64,000 nt of DNA. Origin: a virus (taxonomy: Duplodnaviria > Caudoviricetes). The notes below the pieces were generated by a model. That model saw only the letters and a list, made by a program, of their open reading frames with translations, was not told where the DNA came from and did not search any database. The translations under genes and the position numbers were made by a program. Location of the stretch: IMG/VR virus record IMGVR_UViG_3300017716_003594, positions 3,424 through 67,423 of that record; one strand, given 5' to 3'. Of the stretch, positions 45,154 through 54,267 are shown in pieces (within the stretch, counting starts at the first letter, position 1; every line of letters begins with the position of its first letter).

Positions 45154-46134
45154 CTACGGATCGAGACGTGTTGATAGCACGCACCGGCATTGAACCGTCT
45201 CGGACGCTGGTGCGTCGGGGTCGCCGGGGTATTTCAGCGGACCGTCGGCCCCTGGAAAGGTCTCACCGGTCAGTCGCACCAGGCCGCTCAGGTGGCGGTG
45301 GGAGTCCCTGGTGCGCTTGTCCCTGGCGGCAATCCACTTGTGCTTGACCTCTGCCTGGCCCAACGCACCGGTCTCGAAGGCCTGCTGGTACATCTCCAGG
45401 GTGCCCTGGTGGACTGACCGCAGGGCCTCTGTCCGGCCGATAACCTCGGCCCTGTACTTGATGTACCGCTCCCGGTAGCGGCCGACCATGAGGTCAATCT
45501 GTGCTTTGGTCAGCGGCTTGCTATCTCGGAGCGCACGGGCTACGGTACGGTCAAACCGACGGTCCCGACGCTTGCGCTGCAAGGCTTCTGCGCTGTCACC
45601 CACTCCACGACCAGCGCCTTCCAGCATCCGGCGGTAGTTCCGGACAGCGGCTTCCTGCCGTTGAGTCAGGCCGATGGCGTTCCTGAAGTTGCGGGCCTGC
45701 TCGCGCGGATTGGCGCCTTCCTTGATGCCCTCGGTGATGGCTTGCCTTACCGCAGCTTTCTGTTCCGCGGTAAATTCCCGCACCAGGCGAAGCTTGTTCT
45801 CCTGCATCATCGCGACGGCGCGGTAGTTGGTCTGGTCGAAGGAGACTTCCACAGTCAGTGCGTTGGCTGACAGCCAGGCGGCGGTGTCGCGCGCGGCAAT
45901 GGAGAGCTGCTCCCCGTAAGTGTTCCCGATCTTGATGGCCGCACGATCAACGGCCTCGAGCGCCTCCTCGAGCTTGCCGGCCTCTAGCAGGTCGGCCAGT
46001 TCGTTCAGGGTGTACTCGTCAAGGATGAGCTGGATGGCTTCCTGGAAGACCCGGCGGAAGCGGCGCTCCTGGATGGCGATAAGGGCCTCGATGCGAGAAG
46101 CCGGGTCCGTCGCGCCCTTTGGTTTGACGGCCAT
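45154..46134 (-). CDS. Minor head morphogenesis protein (Mu gpF / SPP1 gp7-like)
   Basis: RAEVIGRTE, KWIAARDKRTRDSH..L.G, GDP..PASETVQCRC. Confidence 0.88.
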   Translation of the reverse strand: MAVKPKGATDPASRIEALIAIQERRFRRVFQEAIQLILDEYTLNELADLLEAGKLEEALEAVDRAAIKIGNTYGEQLSIAARDTAAWLSANALTVEVSFDQTNYRAVAMMQENKLRLVREFTAEQKAAVRQAITEGIKEGANPREQARNFRNAIGLTQRQEAAVRNYRRMLEGAGRGVGDSAEALQRKRRDRRFDRTVARALRDSKPLTKAQIDLMVGRYRERYIKYRAEVIGRTEALRSVHQGTLEMYQQAFETGALGQAEVKHKWIAARDKRTRDSHRHLSGLVRLTGETFPGADGPLKYPGDPDAPASETVQCRCVLSTRLDP

Positions 46135-46138
46135 GGGA

Positions 46139-46525
46139 TTACCTCTCGACGCGCAGCGAGTAAGTCGCCGCAGCAGGGTCCCTTTTTACCGTCAAAATTC
46201 TATACTTGACGCCCTCGATAGTGACCTTATCGTTCTCTGCTGGCACCTGAGCGCCTTCGATCGAGTCCCCAATGAGCGTGACGTAGCGCTTGATCTTGCG
46301 CACCAGGGAGTCGCCGTCGTTGCCCTGGCCGTCCTGGGCGAAGTTCTCTTCCACAAACCCCCTGGCCGTGTAGTCCGTCTCGGTCGGGTTGGTGCCGGAG
46401 GTGAGCTGGCCAGAGGTACGTGTGCCCGCACTGACTTTGTGCAGGGTGGCAGGGATCAGGTCCTGGGCCATGGCCGAGTTGATCTCGGCGGCGATGTCTA
46501 CGCCAAACAGGGTAATGCTGGACAT
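46139..46525 (-). CDS. Head closure / head-tail adaptor
   Basis: Position; ND.VTIEG..YRIL.VKRDPAAATY. Confidence 0.7.
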   Translation of the reverse strand: MSSITLFGVDIAAEINSAMAQDLIPATLHKVSAGTRTSGQLTSGTNPTETDYTARGFVEENFAQDGQGNDGDSLVRKIKRYVTLIGDSIEGAQVPAENDKVTIEGVKYRILTVKRDPAAATYSLRVER

Positions 46526-46758
46526 TACTTCTTCTCCACTTTGTCCAGCCAGGCGATTATGTCCGCCTTCTGGAAACAGGCCGTCACGTCCAGTTTGCCG
46601 TCAGGACGCTCCTTGACTGTGCAGAGCAGCCCGAGCGGAGAACCCTGGCGCGTCAGGTGCACCGAGTCGCCGAAGCGCGCGTTGCCAGGGCGGATGATGG
46701 TCAGGTAAACGTGCTTGGGACCGCCCGTGCACAGTTTCCGCATCTCCCGGGGCGTCAC
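46525..46758 (-). CDS. Small hypothetical protein
   Basis: GTGA and TAATG overlaps with both neighbours. Confidence 0.6.
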   Translation of the reverse strand: MTPREMRKLCTGGPKHVYLTIIRPGNARFGDSVHLTRQGSPLGLLCTVKERPDGKLDVTACFQKADIIAWLDKVEKK

Positions 46759-47333
46759 GGGTAGCCATCCGTTATCGGGTAGACCCTGGAGTCCTCGAAG
46801 GACGACTCGGTGTCAGTACCGTAGGCAACCATACCAACGCTGGCCGATGTGACAGAGTTCGCGAGCCAGTATTGCAGCAGCGCCCAGGCCGTTTCGTCCT
46901 GGAGAGGCACACCGGTCGTCGGGCGGAAGAACTCAACCTCCGCAGAACCGGCTTTCACCTTTTTCTTGTTGCTTCCCGACGTACCGGCGTTGCCGGCTGC
47001 CGGGGTGATGGCCATTGTGCCGGCCAGGAGGATGGTGGCGTTCTGGATGTCGAGAGGAACTTCATCGTCGGGGACAGTCGTGCCGTCCGGGTACGTGAGA
47101 CTTGTCCGGCCCCACTGGTTTGCCTGTACGGAGCCGCCGGTCTTGTCGCCGCTGTAGCTGAACAGGTCCAGGCGCCTGGTGGCCGCAACCAGCAGGGCGC
47201 CTTTCTGGTCCGTGGTCTTGGCGGCCCAGGTCGTGCCACGCACGGGGTCAACGGCCAGGTACTGGTCCGCTTCCGTTACGCTGGCGTAGGCGGTGTAATC
47301 CACCGTTGCAATGGTGATGGTCGAGATGGTCAT
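46755..47333 (-). CDS. Head-tail connector (DnaT-like / gp6-type adaptor)
   Basis: AYASVTEADQYL..W..K.ALLVAATRRLD..G.K..Q..W.R..VP.DIQNA. Confidence 0.8.
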   Translation of the reverse strand: MTISTITIATVDYTAYASVTEADQYLAVDPVRGTTWAAKTTDQKGALLVAATRRLDLFSYSGDKTGGSVQANQWGRTSLTYPDGTTVPDDEVPLDIQNATILLAGTMAITPAAGNAGTSGSNKKKVKAGSAEVEFFRPTTGVPLQDETAWALLQYWLANSVTSASVGMVAYGTDTESSFEDSRVYPITDGYP

Positions 47334-48838
47334 TCCTGGCCTCCGTCACGCTCGTCGGCGTCCGTCGATTTGTCTTCCTTCGAGCCTGGCGCCTTGGGAT
47401 CGAGCCCGGCCTTTGCCCTGGTTGCGTCCATCGAGGCCTGCTGAGCATCCCGCTGCAGCATCATGTCCTCCTCGATCTCGTCGAGCAGGTCTTGCGGCGT
47501 GCGGCTGATGCCGAGGAGGTCCCTGATCTCGCCGACAGCCGGGTCGCGCATGTCGAGGGTTGCGCCGGCCGTCGCCAGGTCTTTCAGGGCGGCCGTGATG
47601 ACCTCGACGTCCTGGTAGGACACGGCTTCGACGCTGGGCTTCGGCTTGAGCTTGCGGTCCCAGCCGTTCAGCATGAACAGGGGCGTGAGCAGGTCGTCCC
47701 CGACCGCTTCGCAGAGCTCTTTGAGCGTTCCGTTCACCAGCATGAAGAACGACTGGGTCTTGTCCTTGCTGAGCGCGTGCGAGCCGGTGCTCGACTCGCC
47801 AAGCAGCAGCTGTTCGACGCCGAGCACGCGAGCCATCTCGCGGTTCACCCGGTTGATGGCCTCTGCGACTTCTGCCTGGCCGGTCGAACCGGCTTTGAGC
47901 AGCTCGAGGTCCCATTGCTTTTGCGCCGAGGGGCTGGCCTTGTCGTCCTGGGTCAGGTACGGCATGGAGTCCAGCATCATCCCGAGCTTGGGGCCCTTGA
48001 TGTGGTTCTCGACAAACTCGCGGAGAGGCCCTTCGATCCGTTCGCGATCGGCGGCGGAGATGGAGCCATCCTTGACCATCTGGGCCAGTTGTGTGAACGG
48101 CCCACGGCCCACCGGGATGCCACGGAGGTCAGTCTCGAAGCCGACGCCTTCCAGTTGCTCGTAGCGTTCCAGGCGCTTGGCAGGTCCGGCCAGGTGGCGG
48201 AAGATGCCGAGGCCTTCCGGGCTGTCCGACAGGGTGTCGTCGACGACGTACAGGCACTTCCCGCGCGGGAGGTAAATCTCCCTGGAGTCCTGGGGCGACC
48301 GTTGCAGGATGCCCAGCACATCGCCGTTCTCGTCGACGTCCCAACGCTCGATCGTCTTTTGCGGCCTTGGCCGAATGTCAGCCATCGTGATGACTCCGTC
48401 ATCCCGCTTCTTGGCTGTCCATTCCTGAACGCTGAAACCGTAGAACCTGTACATGGCCGCGCGCCGGATGACCCGGTGCCAGGGCGTCTTCGGGTCCGAG
48501 AAGAGCAGCTGCTCGCACAGCTCGGCCATCTCGTGAGCTTCGTCCTCGTTGACGTCTTCGCCGGTCGCCGGCTGCATTGACCAGCGCGAGCTGGCCGTCA
48601 GGTTGAGGAAGTACCGCACGCCAGCGCCGACAATGCTCGTGTTGGCAAGCATGTCACTGTAGGTCTGGTATCGCCGGGAGCCTTTGAGAGCCGAGGAGCC
48701 TTCGCTGTCCTGGACCCAACCGCCATATACGGCTGTACCCATCGCGCCGATAACCTCGTAGGGGGTCACGCGATTGGGCTTGGAGCCGGTGGCGCGCGAA
48801 GAGGCCGCGCCGCGCAGTCTGTCAAGGATTGAGGCCAT
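47330..48838 (-). CDS. Portal protein (Mu gp29/DUF935-like)
   Basis: Position after the terminase; YGFSVQEW, NPEG-like SPEGLGIFR, GSHALS motifs. Confidence 0.88.
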   Translation of the reverse strand: MASILDRLRGAASSRATGSKPNRVTPYEVIGAMGTAVYGGWVQDSEGSSALKGSRRYQTYSDMLANTSIVGAGVRYFLNLTASSRWSMQPATGEDVNEDEAHEMAELCEQLLFSDPKTPWHRVIRRAAMYRFYGFSVQEWTAKKRDDGVITMADIRPRPQKTIERWDVDENGDVLGILQRSPQDSREIYLPRGKCLYVVDDTLSDSPEGLGIFRHLAGPAKRLERYEQLEGVGFETDLRGIPVGRGPFTQLAQMVKDGSISAADRERIEGPLREFVENHIKGPKLGMMLDSMPYLTQDDKASPSAQKQWDLELLKAGSTGQAEVAEAINRVNREMARVLGVEQLLLGESSTGSHALSKDKTQSFFMLVNGTLKELCEAVGDDLLTPLFMLNGWDRKLKPKPSVEAVSYQDVEVITAALKDLATAGATLDMRDPAVGEIRDLLGISRTPQDLLDEIEEDMMLQRDAQQASMDATRAKAGLDPKAPGSKEDKSTDADERDGGQE

Positions 48839-48864
48839 GTCTGGGGTCCTGGCTGGTCAGGTTT

Positions 48865-48903
48865 CCGGCCAGGATGTGCCAGCGCTCAACTGGGCGCAAG
48901 CCA
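48865..48903 (-). promoter_or_regulatory. Second promoter class, copy upstream of the portal gene
   Basis: TGGCTTGCGCCCAGT-N12-CATCCTGGCCGG. Confidence 0.7.
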
Positions 48904-50301
48904 TTATTGCCCTGCCCCCTGGTAGTCACCCAGGGCGACGGTCCTGGCGCCCATAATGGCTATGCGTCCGCGCCTGGCTTTGCGGTGGGCTTCCACGGCG
49001 TAGCGGCAGGCGTCGATTACGTGGTTGTCCCGGTCAGCCAGCTCTGGCAGAACTTCGTCCGTGATCTTGTCGACCTTGTACTGGTAGGTGTCCAGTTCGT
49101 CGATGGTGTGCGTGCAGCGCGGATGGACGACGATGTCATGGGACTTCATGAACTCGACGCCTTCCTCGACCGACTCGGCGCCCTTGACGGCCCGGCGGAT
49201 ACTGAAGCCCCGCTTTTCCATGTACGAGATGGTCTCAGGCCGTGCGGAGTCAGCCGTGATGAGCCCCTGCATGACGCCTTTGAGGCCGGGGTGGCTGTGC
49301 TTGTTCTCCCAACGCGGACCGGTCGGCCATGTGTCCGTGCCGGCGAACAGGCTCGGCGTCTCGTCGATCTCGCAGCGGACCTTGTAGGCCTCCTCGGAGA
49401 TGTAGAGCTTGCGACCCATAATCTTGCACTTGATGAGCACGGTTGGGTCGACCGAGAAGCCCCAGTCGGCGCCCCAGAGCCAGGACTCTTCGCTGGCTTC
49501 AGCCTCCGCGTCCAGGTCGTCAATGTCCCAGTTGGTGAAGACCTTCGTCTCCTGGCGGCTGAGCGGTTCGCCCTCCCAGACGTGGCGCCACTTGTCCCGG
49601 TCGCGCTCCATCATCCAGAGCATCTCTTCTTTGAGCGGGCTTTCGTCAAAGAACGGGTTATTGCGCCAGCTCACTTGCTGGATATAGCTGTTGGGAGGCG
49701 GGGTGCCTCCGAGGAACATGACGTCCACCGGCGCCTTGATTGATGACCTGTTAAAGCTGAAGATCAGCTGCGAACCAGGGCGGCGGACAGTAGGAGTAAG
49801 CAGGTCCAGGGAGACCTGGCTGCATCGATCGGCTTCCTCGACCCAGGCGCCGTCCAGGCCCTCCATCGACTTGACCGAGTCGGGGTTTGATCGCAGGCCG
49901 GCGAATAGGAACATGCTTTCGTTGGGCCCGGTAATGCCTTCCTTGGTGACATGGAAGCGCTTTGAGAGGTCCATTTCCTTGATCTTGTCGGCCAGCAGCT
50001 GCATGGACGACGTCGCCAGGGACTTTTGAATCTCCCTGGCGCAGAGCCAGCGCAAGCGCTCCCGGTCGGCCCGGTCAATGAGGCTTTCGGCAATGTTGTG
50101 GGACTTGGCTCCACCGCGGCCGCCATGCAGGACCAGGTAACGAGGCCTGGGGTGGCAGAACTCCTTGTGGAACCTCTCCGCCAGCGCTTTATCCCCGCCA
50201 GTGGCCTTGAGGCATTCCTCATAGGTCAGCAGGGGATCATAGAAGAGCGGCTGGAATTTCCTGGAGACCTTTTTAGGTCTGAATACCACTGTCCTGGCCA
50301 T
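48904..50301 (-). CDS. terL: Terminase large subunit (PBSX-type)
   Basis: HGGRGGAKS, CAREIQKSL, KSMEGLD.AWVEEA, GADWGF..DP, D.DNHVIDACRYA. Confidence 0.95.
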   Translation of the reverse strand: MARTVVFRPKKVSRKFQPLFYDPLLTYEECLKATGGDKALAERFHKEFCHPRPRYLVLHGGRGGAKSHNIAESLIDRADRERLRWLCAREIQKSLATSSMQLLADKIKEMDLSKRFHVTKEGITGPNESMFLFAGLRSNPDSVKSMEGLDGAWVEEADRCSQVSLDLLTPTVRRPGSQLIFSFNRSSIKAPVDVMFLGGTPPPNSYIQQVSWRNNPFFDESPLKEEMLWMMERDRDKWRHVWEGEPLSRQETKVFTNWDIDDLDAEAEASEESWLWGADWGFSVDPTVLIKCKIMGRKLYISEEAYKVRCEIDETPSLFAGTDTWPTGPRWENKHSHPGLKGVMQGLITADSARPETISYMEKRGFSIRRAVKGAESVEEGVEFMKSHDIVVHPRCTHTIDELDTYQYKVDKITDEVLPELADRDNHVIDACRYAVEAHRKARRGRIAIMGARTVALGDYQGAGQ

Positions 50302-50302
50302 G

Positions 50303-50830
50303 TCAGGTGTCCAGCGGATCGTCCTGCGGCATCTTTCCGTCTTCGATGTCACAGAACTGGAAGACTACCCTGGTACGGGGCTTGCCTTCATCGTCTTCCT
50401 CGGTCGACACGGTCACAGACCCGCCACCCTTCTTGCCACCAAGCACACCGGCCGTCTCGGCGAGTGCACTGAGCAGTGGATCACTGTGCTTGCGCACCGT
50501 TAGCGGAATGGGCTCCAGGTCATCGTCGAGCATCACGCGCCCGGTGTTGGGATCGTGCTTGTACATCACCCGGCCCTGGAAGATCACGGGTTCCTCGTAG
50601 CCGTCGCGCCCCCGACGGACAACTTCGTTCATCAGGGAGGCTTTGAAGCCCTCCATGGCGGCCTTCCAGGCGGCTGCGAACTCGGGGTCGTCCCGACGCC
50701 AGTTGATCTGGCTCGTGTAGGCTATGCCGGCATCGATGGCCGCGGCGGCGTAGTTGCCACGGACCTGGAGCGCCTTGAGGAAGACCTCCTGGCGAGCTTC
50801 TTTGGCTTCGGTGGTGGTTGAGAGACCCAT
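50303..50830 (-). CDS. terS: Terminase small subunit
   Basis: HTH-like FLKALQVRGNYAAAAIDAGI..WRRDDPEF; immediately upstream of terL; start at 50830 fits a leaderless transcript. Confidence 0.8.
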   Translation of the reverse strand: MGLSTTTEAKEARQEVFLKALQVRGNYAAAAIDAGIAYTSQINWRRDDPEFAAAWKAAMEGFKASLMNEVVRRGRDGYEEPVIFQGRVMYKHDPNTGRVMLDDDLEPIPLTVRKHSDPLLSALAETAGVLGGKKGGGSVTVSTEEDDEGKPRTRVVFQFCDIEDGKMPQDDPLDT

Positions 50831-50831
50831 G

Positions 50832-50870
50832 CCGGCCAGGATGCGCTGGCCTATGACTGGGCGCAAGCCA
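50832..50870 (-). promoter_or_regulatory. Second promoter class, copy upstream of terS
   Basis: TGGCTTGCGCCCAGT-N12-CATCCTGGCCGG, identical flanks to the portal copy. Confidence 0.7.
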
Positions 50871-50873
50871 GCG

Positions 50874-51080
50874 TTATACGAGCCGGATGTCGAAGTCCCC
50901 GGAGCCTGGCAGGAAGGCCACTTCTATGTGTTTTCCCTGCATGACCGGTAAGGCCAGCTCGAGGCTGGATACCGTAACCCCCTCGGAGTACCTAGACAGT
51001 AGGGCCATGAAGGCCATTTCCACAGACTTAAGCCTGTTCAGCTCTAACTGCTCGGTGGTCAAGGCTGGCCGCTCGGTCAT
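50874..51080 (-). CDS. Small hypothetical protein
   Basis: ATGA overlap chain. Confidence 0.55.
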   Translation of the reverse strand: MTERPALTTEQLELNRLKSVEMAFMALLSRYSEGVTVSSLELALPVMQGKHIEVAFLPGSGDFDIRLV

Positions 51081-51280
51081 CCGTTAAGTCCTTTCCAGCC
51101 TTTGGCGCTCAGTCCGCCGATAGCCTTGAGCGCCACATCAAGCTCAAAGGGGTCCAGGGTGATGGTCTGGACAGCGCCTTTACTGGACACCGAGAGCTGC
51201 AGCTTTCCATCGGGAAGACCGTAAGCTGTTGCCCTGACGTTCTTGCCGTTCGGCCTGGTCCGTTCCTTCTCGAACATCAT
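51077..51280 (-). CDS. Small hypothetical protein
   Basis: ATGA overlap chain. Confidence 0.55.
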   Translation of the reverse strand: MMFEKERTRPNGKNVRATAYGLPDGKLQLSVSSKGAVQTITLDPFELDVALKAIGGLSAKGWKGLNG

Positions 51281-51804
51281 CCTTTGTACGTCCTGTCTGA
51301 GGGGTTGGTAGGATCGAAGCCATCGGGCGCCGGTACGTTCTCGTTGTAGCTTCCCCAGGGGTTCTCGCGCGGGCCTTGCCTACGGGTATGCCTGGCAGTC
51401 AGGCTCCGAGGGTCCGGTGTGGCCTCCTGGCGCATCAGGGGTAGGTTCTTCGGCTCGGCGCGCTCAGGGGTCCGGTACAGGACGTCCTCCTGGGCCCAGT
51501 TGGCGTCCGGGTCGGGCCGATCCATGCGCCTGGGGTCCCGATGCTTGGCCGTCATCTCCACCAGCAGGTCACTGATGGTGCGCAGGCAGTCCTCCTCGAA
51601 GACCGTGGGGAAGCATGGCTCGAAGGCGTACTTGCGCCAGGCGTTGTTCCACTGGATGATCCCCAGGCAATGCTTCCCATCGGCCGTCCAGACAGCTACG
51701 CGCCTGGTCTTGAGATGGGCCGGCGTAGTGACCTCCTGGAAGGACAGCCAGGACCTGGCCTTGGCCACACCCTCCTGGCCTGGGAAGCGATCGTTACCAG
51801 CCAT
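51277..51804 (-). CDS. Hypothetical protein
   Basis: 175-aa ORF in the operon upstream of terS. Confidence 0.65.
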   Translation of the reverse strand: MAGNDRFPGQEGVAKARSWLSFQEVTTPAHLKTRRVAVWTADGKHCLGIIQWNNAWRKYAFEPCFPTVFEEDCLRTISDLLVEMTAKHRDPRRMDRPDPDANWAQEDVLYRTPERAEPKNLPLMRQEATPDPRSLTARHTRRQGPRENPWGSYNENVPAPDGFDPTNPSDRTYKG

Positions 51805-51915
51805 TGATGCGGTTCCCGTCCTTGTCGACTGGCACGAAGAGCATGGGCGGCCGGTTGTTCTTGATGGACGTGGTAGCCATCAGGTAGAGCCGCAGGGCGC
51901 GAGAGCTGAGTTTCA

Positions 51916-52137
51916 CTAGGGTTCTCCCATATGGTAGACCAGGCGTCGCATGATCGCCAGGCGTGAGTCGTAGTCAGGCTCGAACAGGAAGGCGTGGCAG
52001 CAGCTCATGTCCGGGCAGTGTTCGTCGTCCGTCTCGTTGTGGTAGGGCTTACCGGCCACCCAGCTGATGAGCTGCCGGATGACCCTGGCGCGATAGAGGC
52101 GCCTCGAGTGTACTGCTTCGGACTCTCCGCTCACCAC
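51916..52137 (-). CDS. Small hypothetical protein
   Basis: EHCPDMSCCH motif. Confidence 0.55.
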   Translation of the reverse strand: MVSGESEAVHSRRLYRARVIRQLISWVAGKPYHNETDDEHCPDMSCCHAFLFEPDYDSRLAIMRRLVYHMGEP

Positions 52138-52245
52138 GTTTCATCTCGATCCAGCCGGGTTCGGTCCCCAGGATAACCACCTGGCGCCTGGTCGTACGCC
52201 GCCAAACGGCCCACCAGGGCCGAGGCGTCTCCAGGGTCCATATGG

Positions 52246-52668
52246 CTACCACTTGACGTCCTCCCCGTTGATCCACCGATGAGCCTGGTCGCTGGTGAGT
52301 GGCGTGAGACTGGACGACCAGTGCGTGCTGGTGGTAGAGGCCTTCTTGCCTCCCCGGTAGACGCGCCTGGTGGTCAGCACCATGTGAGGCTTGCCCTGGT
52401 TGACCCAGCCGGAGCCCCGCTCCACGACGTAGACGCAGTGGTTGACTGTCCGGCACAGTTGGCCCTTTGCCAGGCCCGAGACCTCGAGCACGTAGTCGGC
52501 GACGGCCTCCCTGGCGGCGAGGAACTGCTTCTCCGCCGTAAGGTATTGGTTGACCGTGATGGCCTCCAGACGTCGCAGCCTGAGCTTCTCTTCGTTCTTG
52601 CCTGGGAGGGTGAGCTCCACCTGGGCATAGCTGGCGTTCAGCTGGTCAAGTCCTGGCTGGTCACTCAT
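52246..52668 (-). CDS. Hypothetical protein
   Basis: SD GAGGA; normal codon usage. Confidence 0.65.
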   Translation of the reverse strand: MSDQPGLDQLNASYAQVELTLPGKNEEKLRLRRLEAITVNQYLTAEKQFLAAREAVADYVLEVSGLAKGQLCRTVNHCVYVVERGSGWVNQGKPHMVLTTRRVYRGGKKASTTSTHWSSSLTPLTSDQAHRWINGEDVKW

Positions 52669-52858
52669 ATGGGTTCCGTCCTCTCAATACAGGTCCGCAG
52701 CTGTCACAGTCTGGGAAGCAGGCGTCCCGCTTGGCCCTGTTGTACTCGGCTCCATCAGAATGGCTCCAAGTCTTGCAGTCGTATCCCATTGTTTGGCAGC
52801 CACCCATTATGAGTGCACCAACCATGAGGGCCCAGAATATCCGCTTGCCCCAGGTCAA
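52661..52858 (-). CDS. Small putative lipoprotein
   Basis: Signal-like MTWGKRIFWALMVGALIMGGC. Confidence 0.5.
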   Translation of the reverse strand: MTWGKRIFWALMVGALIMGGCQTMGYDCKTWSHSDGAEYNRAKRDACFPDCDSCGPVLRGRNPYE

Positions 52859-53109
52859 TTGACGGCCTCTCCGACCTTTGGCCCTTCGACCTCGCCGGCG
52901 TCGCGGAACTCCGCCCAGGCGCCTGCCGAGTAGCCATGCTGTAGCTTGGTGCCATAGACTACCTGGCCATCAGGCGTTTCTCCCAGGGCTTTGTCGCCGA
53001 CACCCATGACGACCAGGTCGCCGTTACTGGTGATCTGCACCGCATGGCACAGATGGAACTCCTGGTCAGCCCAGGACTTGCCAGTCAGGCGAACTTCGAT
53101 CCGTCTCAT
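52855..53109 (-). CDS. Small hypothetical protein
   Basis: ATGA overlap chain. Confidence 0.6.
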   Translation of the reverse strand: MRRIEVRLTGKSWADQEFHLCHAVQITSNGDLVVMGVGDKALGETPDGQVVYGTKLQHGYSAGAWAEFRDAGEVEGPKVGEAVN

Positions 53110-53579
53110 GCGATTACCTCTTGGACAATGACTTCGTGAAGGGTAAGGGCGTGTGTATACCCTCTTTCAGGACGGAACCACCGATTGTTTCGGAGGTCGA
53201 TGCGGCCGCAGACCAGGCTCACGGCGCCGAGTCGCATAGGACGTCGCAGACTCGTCGCCAGGGCGTGCTCCTGGAGCCAGGCGTCCTCGAGCCGTCTCAG
53301 TTTGGCGCCTGGATCGCTGTCATGAGGCAACATCGGCGGGACCAGGGAGACCCTGGGCGCGAAGTTCGATCCCATCCGGACGTGAGCCTGGCCGACGCTG
53401 TGCGGCGACTCGTCTGGCCGTCTGATTGGCTTGATGTTGAGGCCCTCGAGCAGCTCTGGCTGGTCGGCCAGGGCGTCGGTGCGGACCCATATGTCAAACC
53501 TGCCGAATGAGTTGGGAGCCAGTATGTGGCTGAAGGCCCTCTGTTCAGCCGTGGTGTGAACTGTCCAGCGATCGGTCAC
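53106..53579 (-). CDS. Hypothetical protein
   Basis: GTGA overlap with the upstream gene. Confidence 0.6.
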   Translation of the reverse strand: MTDRWTVHTTAEQRAFSHILAPNSFGRFDIWVRTDALADQPELLEGLNIKPIRRPDESPHSVGQAHVRMGSNFAPRVSLVPPMLPHDSDPGAKLRRLEDAWLQEHALATSLRRPMRLGAVSLVCGRIDLRNNRWFRPERGYTHALTLHEVIVQEVIA

Positions 53580-53830
53580 GTGCGGCTCCAGGTCTGGACC
53601 AGATTGCGGACGGCCCATGTGGGAGCGTTGGACAGTGGCATGACCTTGTGCAGCTCGACGCCAACCAGGTTAGGATCGTTGGCGCCGATCAGGTCCTTGA
53701 CCTTCTCTGCCGCTTCGCGCACGCTGGTGAACCGGATGTGCTGGACCTCTGCTACGTTGGATCGATAGACCTGAAGCTCATGATAGGGGTCCAGGTCCAC
53801 TGGCGGTTGTGCTGGCGCATTGGCGGTCAT
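53576..53830 (-). CDS. Hypothetical protein
   Basis: SD AGGAG before ATG 53830. Confidence 0.65.
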   Translation of the reverse strand: MTANAPAQPPVDLDPYHELQVYRSNVAEVQHIRFTSVREAAEKVKDLIGANDPNLVGVELHKVMPLSNAPTWAVRNLVQTWSRT

Positions 53831-54000
53831 GTCTGTCTCCTGTTGCCGTGAGCATGCCTGGGAGGGGTCGGATCGTAACCCAGCGATCGTTGTGTCATAC
53901 ACGCGCGCACGTACGTGACGCGAGGGGTCCTCTCTTGGAGTCGATTAGTTTGGACCAGTTACCGCCCCCTTATTCCAAGCTGTTGAGGCCGTCGAACAGC

Positions 54001-54120
54001 TCGAACGTTTAAGGGTTTTTTAGGCTATTCAACAAAAAGTCCTTATTTTGCAAAGCTTTTTAGACCTATGAATAGTATGAATATCAATAATAACATAAAT
54101 CATATCATGTATGCACATAC
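54001..54120. other. AT-rich non-coding island, candidate replication origin
   Basis: 34 G+C in 120 nt by manual count (about 28 percent) in a GC-rich genome; TATGAATA direct repeat at 54067-54074 and 54076-54083; lies downstream of the primase-helicase. Confidence 0.5.
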
Positions 54121-54267
54121 ACACACGATGAGTCCGGGGTGACTTCACGATGCTGTTCGGCCATAAGTCATTCAGCCCAGTTGCCAAAACAAACGGGAAA
54201 CGGCTGCCCGGAGCAAAACGCTCGAGCAGCCGCATAGTTCGAATGACCTGAATGGCCTGAACTCAGG